Assembly (NCBI RefSeq): GCF_009914755.1
Contig: NC_060928.1
Strand: one strand, 5' to 3'
Origin: the human T2T-CHM13v2.0 reference genome, Homo sapiens
Length of the DNA stretch: 64,000 nt
Below the pieces are notes generated by a model. It searched no databases. It was not told the DNA's origin and worked only from the letters and a program-made list of their open reading frames with translations. This document shows positions 51,701-64,000 of this stretch, in pieces; the stretch's first letter is position 1; each line of letters opens with the position of its first letter. The translations under genes and the position numbers were made by a program.

Positions 51701-52351
51701 ATATATATTATTATTTTTAACGACCTGATTTTTATCAGTTTCAATCTTGTTTCAAATGACAAGATAAAGTCGATGATCATGCCTCTATCTTGTAACTCTT
51801 AAGAATTGTATATTCAAATTTTGTGCACCAATTTAACTTGGGATAAGAAATTCTGACCAAAGTAGCTTGAGAAATGATTTTAGTATTTGACACCTGAACC
51901 AATGTTAATAACATAAATCCCTGCAATAGGTAACTCAGTCCACACCTATGCTGATCAGTTCCACACTGAGCTGCTGTTAGTTTGGAAAGATCTGCTTCTG
52001 GAATAGAAGTGAAGATTAGTGGGGAAATGGGTCCAAGAATAAATTGTGTTCGTGAAGTTTATCTGCCATCAAACCCTATCTAAATTTCAACTAAAATTTA
52101 TAGCACTCTAGGTTATACCATGTGATCAGCACTCCAAGCCACATTGAGTATTCTTATCTTTGCATGTCTTATCTGATTGGCCGTAGAGCAGATAGTGAAA
52201 TTATGTTCTACTTCCTGCTGTCCTATCTTTCTGAGCTAAAAGGGTCCAGATAAGTAAGCCAAGACATTTGTCAAAAACATTAGAGTATATTCACTGTGTA
52301 GAGGTAACCTGAAGAATTTCTCCTGAACTCATCTTCAAGGAGCTCGCCATC

Positions 52352-52470
52352 TTTTTCTTTTCTTTTATAATGTCAACGTGTATTTTAGATTCAGGGGGTA
52401 CATGTGCAGGTTTGTTACATAAGTATATTGCATGATGCTGAGGTTGCATGCAAATGATCTTTTGATCAAG
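52352..52470 (-). mobile_element. Very short L1PB/L1PA16-type 3' end
   Basis: tattttagattcagggggtacatgtgcaggtttgttacataagtatattgcatgatgctgaggtt. Confidence 0.8.
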
Positions 52471-52689
52471 AATATCTTGGAATAGCAACATATCAACAAA
52501 AGTAAATGGCAGCACACAGTTCTAAGGGAATTATAGATGCAAAGCCAAACTTCACTAAAAGGCAGATTACAGATTCAGATGTAATGACAGTGTTTGAAAA
52601 GGTGGGGTAAGAAAGGTAGTGAAGGTGAAAATAGAGTTTGTAAAGAGGGAAAAAAATACCTAGAATATTGTCCATGTTAAATGAAGCAC

Positions 52690-53010
52690 CAAAAATGTTT
52701 TTAATGTAACTTTCAATGACTCCTCCTTGTTCTCGCAACAAAGTCCAAACCCCTATGCAAAGCATGATTCATGGAATACCTAGTCTGTGGGAGGCCTTAG
52801 CGAACACATGGCAGCTGTGATTGGTCCCATCCACCTTTCCTACATCTTGCCGTATATCTAATACAAACCTCATACATCTAAAGTTCACAACAATCCACTG
52901 ATGTTTCTACTTCCTTACCTTTGCTCATCCAAGAATGGCCAACTCCTTCCCTTGAAGTTTTTCTTGCCCTTCAAGGCTTTTCTCAAAGGCATTGCCTTTG
53001 CAAAGCCTTT
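52690..53010 (+). mobile_element. L2 fragment
   Basis: ctttcaatgactcctccttgttctcgcaacaaagtccaaacccct...cccttcaaggcttttctcaaaggc. Confidence 0.5.
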
Positions 53011-53486
53011 ACTAATCCATGAAGCAAGCCTCCAGAGCATTTTGACAGCCTCTCTAGAATCAATTAATTATCAATTAATAAATAAGTGAATCCATTGGGA
53101 AGAATATCATAAATGGAGAAAACGTACACTTTGAAAATATATGGAGGATCCAACATTGAGGTGTTCACATGCATACAAAGCATCTTCCTTCTCCTTGCCC
53201 TTTCCTCCTAGGAAGATGGTATCACAAGTTTGATCCTAGTGACAGTTGAGTCACCAAAGCCAGTGCCCACAGCACAGCACTGCGGATAACTGAGGTAGAA
53301 GAACTAGAAAAGTGAAGACAAAATGATGAGACTTCAGTCTTGTTCACAATATAATTATAGAGCCAGACATATAACTAAATACTTGTCAGCAATAAATAGA
53401 CATCAATTTCTGAAAGACTTTAAGCAGGTCATTTTTACTACAGTATATACTACTTCTTAGAAATAGCACCAGAAAAAAACATTTTT

Positions 53487-53789
<303 letters not shown>

Positions 53790-54756
53790 GAAAAAAACAT
53801 TTTTAATTAAAAAAAGACATAGCACCAGAGAGGAAGATTTTGGCTAATGGTGGTCAGTGAAATGCATTTCCTTTCTCTTTTTGTGGCCTGAGGGAATCTG
53901 TGTCCTGAGCCCTTAGCTCATCATCCAAGATGAAAACAACCCCCTAAAAACAGAGAACTGCATTTGAGATTCAGATTTATGGTACATTTTCAGTTTTAAC
54001 TTGAGAGACATGTATTTTGGAAAAATGAACAATTAAAATTAACATTACAAGACATATTCTTAAATCCTGTTGAAAGTTTTTCTCAATTTTCTTCTCTCTT
54101 CCTTATAATTTATAAGTGGGCAGCTATTCTGAACCCTGGGAACTGGGAGCATGTGTCATATTTTAAATTCTTATTATTTGCAGGAAGTCCTCATAAGAGT
54201 TAGTTGGAAGGGTGTTTTTTTTCAGTCATTTTTGTGATTTCCAATTGTAGTGGGACAAGTGCCTACAAATATTGCTGATGAGTCAGAAACTTCACATTCT
54301 CTGGTAACATCAGTTAGAAGCCAAGTTCTGAGTGAACACAACCATTTGCAAAATAATTTCTGTGAAATGAATTCTTTCTGTGAAAGAAATTATTTTGCAA
54401 ATGGTTGTGTTCACTCAGTACTTGGCTTCTGAATTCACTCGGTGCTTTGCAAACAATGGCTCTTGGGTTTCACTTTGCCTTATCCACCTGAAGAAAAATC
54501 ACTTTTAGTAACAGGCAGGGTATGTCAGCCCGGTTGTAGCCCACTGACAAATTTCACTTTGCCTTTTCCTATAAGAAGCACATTAGGCATGTTAATAAGC
54601 TCTCAGGTTCTAGTTTATAATGAAAAGAAGGAAATTTTGTAGAACCTGCAGGCAAGCCTGGGCAAGGGAGAGTCTTCTGAAACCATAGCCTTTAAATTTA
54701 CTTAGGATTCTCTCATCTCTGACTTCAACCCTGCAATTGCATTCCATCAGAAAATG

Positions 54757-55285
54757 GAGGTATCAGCCATGGTTCTGAAGAAGTCAACAAAAAGAACCAA
54801 TCGGTTTAAGCAGAAAATAAATGTATTGAGGACACTAGATAGATTTTATCATCTCTGGAAGGATGGAGAACCAGGCTTGGAGGTTTTGTGGCCAAATACA
54901 ATGTCCACTGTACCCAGGAACATGTCTCCAACAGAAGCCCCACACTGTATCTGGCATCGGCAATACCGAGCCCTGGACACACCTGCAAAGCCGCCTCCTC
55001 CACTGCTTCTGGAAGCCACATATCTCTATAGCTGTCCTTGCCGCAGTGGGTTTCTCTCTGCACTTGCTTCTTCCCATCATTCCCTTCTAAATCTATGAAT
55101 TACTTGTTAGCATCTCTGGTTGAAAGTACCTAGATCACGTGCTTATGCTAATACTGCAAAAAGGCTATAAAAATTAGATTCTAACATCGTTCATTGGGAT
55201 ATACAGACATTTAAAATAGAGAACTCCCAAAGTAGGCATGTTCAAAGGTCCCAGACTGCTGAAAAAAATGGTAAATGTCTACTCC
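54757..55285 (-). mobile_element. MLT1M-like old MaLR LTR
   Basis: tttaagcagaaaataaatgtattgagg...ggatggagaaccaggcttggagg...cctagatcacgtgc. Confidence 0.55.
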
Positions 55286-55559
55286 CTTGATTTCTCAGCA
55301 GGGCCGGAGTGCTGGAATACTGGCTGATTCAGAATATTGGCTGACAATCTAGGTCAGGGAGAATAACAGGGTCAAAAGGGAATAGTACATTTCTCTTTAA
55401 CTCCTCTACTCTTACTGACCCTCTGCCACTTGTTCTTGATTTATTAGCTGACTATCTTTGAGCAAATTACTCAACAGCTCTAGTCTAAGCCATCAATCTG
55501 CCTGGAGTCTCTCTGATTCCACTATTGCCTGCCAACAGTTCATTGCCGCACACAAGCCG

Positions 55560-56120
55560 GACCCTGCTTTTCATAACATAAAGTTGATAACGCAGTTTCT
55601 GGGCCTAAATCTCTCTGATCACTGCCTAAACACCCTACCAGAGCCTGCAGGAAATTACAAGAATCGGTCCCTACCTTGATTCCCTTCAAGGCATCTAAGA
55701 CCATCCTTTCCCCCATTAGTTGATTCTTAGTCCTACAGACCCTGCAACATGGGCAAGCTTGTCCCAAATTCAGGGCTCCTTCACTTGCTCTTTTCTCTGC
55801 CTGAAATATTCTTCCCTCAAATCACAGCATGACTGAACCCTTTTCACCATTGAGGTCTCAGCTCAACTGTCACTTTCTCAGAGAGACTTTCCTGACCACC
55901 CTCCCTAAATTGGACACTCTCCCCGCCAAAAAAGAGAAAAACTCCTTCTACCATCCCTCTTGTTAAAATTATAGTTCTTATTAATATCTAAATTATCTTA
56001 ATCATCTATTTATTGAAGCTGTTTATTTTTTGTCTGCTTCACTAAAAACGTGAGGTTCATGTTCATCTCTGTATCTCCAGTGCCTAGAATTGTGCCTGGA
56101 CAATTAACAAGCTTTTTATA
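55560..56120 (+). mobile_element. L2a 3' region
   Basis: ttcacttgctcttttctctgcctgaaatattcttccc...aggtctcagctcaactgtcactttctcagagagactttcctgaccaccc...ctgtatctccagtgcctagaattgtgcctgg. Confidence 0.8.
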
Positions 56121-57599
56121 TCGTGTGCCAAACTCTTGAACTTCTGGCTCAATTCCTTCCACCCTCTGCCTAATTCCAGGCTTCCCTTTGCCCCACTTCC
56201 TCACGACCTAATTGAGTTCCCTGTCATGTGTTTGAGCAGATGGGACCTCCCACTTCCCCTGAAACAGATGACATCCTCCATGGCTAGTGTAGGCTGAGTA
56301 TCAGTAGCCTGGGAGTTGAGCACGTGATCAGATTCTGCAGGGCTGTGGAGTTTGAAAGAAATAGAGAGGGAGAATGATAAGAAAGGTTGGGGATATCAGA
56401 TAGGCCAGCAGTCAAGTGAGCAAAGGGGTGACAAAGGTGGCCATTGGTTGATAACAAAAGCTGGTGGACTTGCTGTCTGTCTAGGGCCTAACCTCAGCTG
56501 TCATTTCTTTCTGGATGAGTACAGCAGAGAAAAGCAGACAGGGCCAGGCATATGTCTCATCAAAGATCTATTTCTTAGAGACACAAAGACAGCAGGATTA
56601 ACATCCATATGCTTGTTAATACTTCTTGTTAATACAGAGTCCCAAGAGCCAGGCTAATCCAAATGGAAGAGGGGCACATTTGGGCTTCAATTAACCCAGG
56701 GATGTCTGAGTTATCTTTGCTTCCTCAGCCACAGGTTTGAAAGAGGATGGCATCATTTTCCCCTCAAGTAAAATCCTATTTTAATTGACTTTCCTCTTGA
56801 CATTTAGCTAAACTGACTCTACTTCAAGTATACCTTCCAGTGAGCATGTCCTCAAACAGAAAACAGGCATCCCCTGAGAATCTCTAATCATAGACCTTGA
56901 CCTGAATGTTATGATAAGTGTGGTGTTAGTTGTCAGTCCTATCTACTTTCCATTTAATTATGTGAAATATCTAGATAATCACTTGCATTTCATTCTGCTA
57001 ATGGACATAGAGTTTTGATATCTGTATTAATTATAAGCCTTTGCAGTTGTGTTAACAGTCATGGTGGATCCTCCGCTGCCCACTCATAGGGAAACTACCC
57101 CACTGGTCTTGTTTAGTTTGTGATGTGATGAGGAGCAAAATATCTCTTAATGCCCCTAACCCCATACAGAGGTCCAAATCTCCTACCATCTAATCAGAGG
57201 ACTTACCAGGGCCAAGGACTATTGAATGGCAGGTAATGAATGAGTGTGCAGGGAGGTGCTCAACCTCTCAATCCTTCCACTCTGCAATCCCTGCTCTGTG
57301 ACTGAAAGTTCTCCCCTTTGTCCTTCCAATCCATTCTTCCTCTCTTATGAGATTGTTAGATTTTTCTGCCTTTTCTCTCCCCTCCCCCAGGAGCAGCATT
57401 ATCTAATCACTCCACTGTAGGGAAAGGAGAAATGGAACTTCAGGCATGCTTCTCATCTGTAAGTTAGGTACAAGACCTCTTTGAATTATTGTTTCTACTT
57501 GGTGTGACTGATGGAGGGAAAAATCCCCTCCTGGATCAAGTAAGAGAGAAGAGAGGGAGATAAATACCCAGAAATAACAAAATGACTGCTTGGAGATAT

Positions 57600-58110
57600 A
57601 ATATTGACATGGTTACAAATAACAGAAACTATTTGAGGTACTTAGACAAATATGGGAGACTTCATTGCAGAGGAAAAGAGTTTCCCATGGAACGAAAAGG
57701 TTAGAACAGTTGACCTAGGGGTTTGAGCTCTCTCTGCATCCTTTTCTGCTGCAACTCTTTTGTGTCTGTCACATCTCTTTCCCTGTCTCACACTCATTCT
57801 TCTTTCCTGCCTTCTAGTTCTTTCTTTCCTTCTGCTGCATACTGTAGCTCTTAACCCCACTCTGACTCTTTGTCTAGACCAGCTTCCTCTACTTCTGTGG
57901 TCTACTTGTCAGAAACCACCACTGATGCCTCCTGGATTTATCTGTCACAGGTCCAGCCACCCAAATTCCCAGGGAAAGGACTTGGAAAAGTCCACTCGAA
58001 CTATCAATGGGAGAGGTGGTGGATTAATATTCTATGAACATAGCAACTGAAGCCAGTCCTGCAACCATGAGAATGGAAGTCATGGAGAGGGAGAGCAGGG
58101 AATGAAAGGT
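57600..58110 (-). mobile_element. Very old MaLR-like LTR (MLT1N/O-like)
   Basis: ggttacaaataacagaaac...tagaccagcttcctct...ccaaattcccagggaaagga; weak motif match only. Confidence 0.35.
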
Positions 58111-58125
58111 GAACAACATATATAC

Positions 58126-58463
58126 TCACGCTGCTGATAAAGACATACCCTAGACCGGGAAGAAAAGAGGTTTAATTGGACTTATAGTTCCACATGGCTG
58201 GGGAGGCCTCAGAATCATAGCAGAAGGTGAAAGGCACTTCTTTCATGGCAGCATCAAGAGAAAATGAGGAAGAAGAGAAAGCAGAAACTCCTGATAAACC
58301 CATCAGACCTCGTGAGACTTATTCACTGTCACGAAAACAGCATGTGAAAGACAGGCCCCCATGATTCAATTACCTCCCCCTGGGTCCCTCCCACAACATG
58401 TGGGAATTCTGGGAGATACAATTCAAGTTGAGATTTTGGTGGGGACACAGCCAAACCATATCA
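58126..58463 (-). mobile_element. THE1A solo LTR lacking about 15 terminal bases
   Basis: THE1A-specific gagaaaatgaggaagaag...tgataaacccatcaga and gggagatacaattcaagttgag; tatac on both sides. Confidence 0.9.
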
Positions 58464-60193
58464 TATACGTAGCTGATATCTATTGTATAATTTACTTACA
58501 ATTCATGGCAAATTATCTCCCTAATTGGTGAGCATCATACAAGTTGCCTAGTGGGTTTCATCTCACTTGAGATCAGAAAATAGCACTAGATCCATAGAAA
58601 TAGTTGCAAACCTATCTATCCATAAAACAGAGATCTTACAGAGATCTATATCAGCTATACTTAACTAATTATAGGATCCTGCTCTTATCATTTCAGTTTG
58701 AGACATTTCTTGGTACTCTGTGTGCTTGCCCACAGATTAAGTGTTTTATTCTACATTTTTAACAGATGGGGAGCTCACTTCACTTACTATAATTTTCATG
58801 TCATTGAGCCAGATGGGAGTAAGAGAATTAAAAAATAAGGATGTATGAAGTAAATATCAATGTTGCTCCTGATTTTTTTTAAGGACTAAAATTTTAATGT
58901 CATTTTTTTCCTCCCTCTGTTTTTCCTCAGTGTCCTACTTCAATATTCTTTATCCTGTGATGACATGTGCACTTCACAGTACAAAGAAGGTAGAAGATGC
59001 TCAAGGAATTCTTGCTGAAATAAACTGTATATCCAAAAGGTACAAAGTGTCACAGGGCTGATTTTGTCATTTCCCCTCTGACAGAACAAGTAAATAGGGA
59101 AAAGATCAATGTCTAAGCATACATCAATATGTATCGGAAGTCCTATATGGATATTTCTGGAGTATTATTCATTATTGTCTTTGCAACTTTAGGCTGTAAG
59201 CTATTTTCCTTTTTCAGAATTAGCAGTAGGTGTGGTTCCCTTAGGGAAGTACTAAAAATGTTCTGCTCCACATATGGCTTTCTTGGTGTTACTGCAGGTA
59301 CATGTGTCATTGCTAGATGCAACAGCCTATCTGCTATTCTGAATGTATTTTGAGATCATTTGCCATAGTGTGGGCAACTCATTGGGGAAGCATTTATTAA
59401 GCACCTCCTCTGTGCCAAGTAGTGTGTAATTTCAGTAAATAAAAAGCTAACAAATGGTTATGGTAAGGAAATGGTCTTGTTTTTCACCCCTGGAAGACAT
59501 TCTATATTTTTCCAAATACCGTAACTATTAAAATCGGAATATAAATTCTAATTTATGATTTGTTTGCTATTCCTGTTTCAAACTCATTTCTATTCCCTTA
59601 TTCTTTCCATAATCATAAGAGTAGTTTTCAAAAATGAAATCTGCTCCCATAGCTCTTAGTTATTTTTTTCTCATTTTAAAATAGCTTAAACTAAGATTTA
59701 CATGTACTAGTGGTAAGTGTTGTGTGTGTGTGTGTTTTTTCTTTCCTGACTTTTTAATTGAAATTCTTACTGTTCCCTTCTGGTGGGAGAAGAAAAGAAA
59801 TACTTTTAACTGAGATTTTTTTTAAACTGAGGAATAAAAAAATAAGTAATACTTTTATTTGAATTGGTTAACCATTCTCTCCATGTTTACAGTTGTCTGC
59901 AAACCAGGTAGTGGAGATGTGGCCATTATCCAGTTAATTTGATCATTGTAACAACCAGAACTGATAATGGACACATAAAAAGCCTTCTTGAAAGAAAATA
60001 TATTTTCTGAAAGAACTGAAATTAGTGGAGAGATGTCTAATAGCAAGATGAAGGAAACAGAGATTTTGATTTCTGCCAGCAGTAAACTTTTGCTTGAAAT
60101 CCCATATACAATGAAAGAATTAGCCATAACTTTAAAGCACTCTCAACCCTCCTTTCAGTTTAACAACCTCTGCATAATTTAAAAATGACTCAA

Positions 60194-60594
<401 letters not shown>

Positions 60595-61320
60595 TTACCT
60601 CCAGACTGGCTATTAAATCTTTGATATATTCAGTAACTTCCTAACCATAAACTCCTGTTTTGCTCTCTAATGGATTCTGCCCACAATACTAATAGCATGT
60701 TTTATCACAGATCTTTAAGGTGTTATACAACTACACTTTACAACCTTGATTTGCAAACGAAGGTTCAGAAAAGTGAAGTGATTCCGGATCTTATTCTTTT
60801 CCGTCCTCATTAAGCTTGCTCTGCCCAAGTCATATCTGGGAAGAAAACAAACCATGACACAGATAACACCATCCATCTGGGTCACTGCAGCAGTTCTTAG
60901 TGATCCATCTGTACTGACACAAGAGGTATGGAGTGGGAACACTGATTACTCAGCCACTGCCACTCCAGCTCACCTTGGTCTCCTCTTTTCTGAACTCCTG
61001 CAATACTCACCCTTGATTCACACATTGGGCTCTCAGTCATTCACTACTGGGCACTGTTGTTTGACCATTTCTCTTGTTCATTTGTTTCACTTGCTGACAA
61101 GCATGAAACATTTACTGCAAGGAGAGCACTATTGTAGACTGACATGCATGTTTGTAATTTTTTTATTTTAAGTCTTACTCTTTTAAATACCTCCATCTTT
61201 TCAAAATGACAAAAAAAGGAAAATAAAAAAGAATGAAAGGAAACGTGGTTTTATGTTGCAGTGAGGAAATATGGAGTCATTGTTCTCAGGAATTAAAATA
61301 TAGGAAATAAGATAGGACAT

Positions 61321-61680
61321 TGTAGGGTTCATTAGGACTCTCTACAAATAATTCAGTTCTTTCCTTTCCCCAGGTATACAGTGGAATTGAAATTGTCTGC
61401 TCTCTCTGAAGTATGTCACCATGTGACTTATTTTGGCCAATGAAACGTGACTTGAAGTGATGTGTATGGCTTCTATGTCTAAGTCGTAAGGGTCAGTAGG
61501 CAATTTGCCACATTCCTTTTGTTTTATCTTAGTGATCATAGAATTACATGATAAAGTAGACTTTCCATCAGCCATGGTCTTAAAGTGTCCACTATAAGCA
61601 AAGCCTCTCTCCCAACCTTCATTGAATACATATCATGAGTACAAAATAAATTTTTGCTTTATTGAATCACTGTGATTTTT
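61321..61680 (+). mobile_element. MLT1I/J-like MaLR LTR, 3' end cut by L1MB
   Basis: ccatgtgacttattttggccaatgaaacgtga...gaagtgatgtgt...ttccatcagcc...aaaataaatttttgc. Confidence 0.65.

Positions 61681-64000
<2,320 letters not shown>

Overview
This is AT-rich (roughly 37-39% GC by eye), CpG-depleted primate genomic DNA, almost certainly human because it carries an AluYb8-lineage insertion, a subfamily essentially restricted to humans. It looks intergenic or deep-intronic. I found no credible protein-coding exon, CpG island, RNA gene or CRISPR-like array. The ORFs in the supplied track are explained by Alu, L1, L2, THE1-internal, ERVL or microsatellite sequence, or by chance. About half the window is recognisable interspersed repeat: 8 Alus, several old L1s, HAL1, many L2/MIR fragments, two decayed ERVL internal segments (gag-pro-RT and RNaseH-IN-dUTPase), a full-length THE1 provirus, more than 15 solo LTRs, and DNA transposons (MER44, MER5A, Charlie1-type, MER63A, Tigger3a, a Ricksha/MULE). 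I do not see a new biological system. The most interesting signals are genome-evolution footprints: a probable gene-conversion tract between a young AluYb8 and a neighbouring inverted AluY, a THE1 provirus whose two LTRs carry different subfamily variants, a twin-primed L1MA with a tiny inverted piece, a tandem hairpin micro-rearrangement, a rare Ricksha with its 9-bp TSD, and deeply nested TE stacks. Family names come from my recall of consensus sequences, not from a database search. Boundaries without a stated TSD are approximate (about 10-50 bp).
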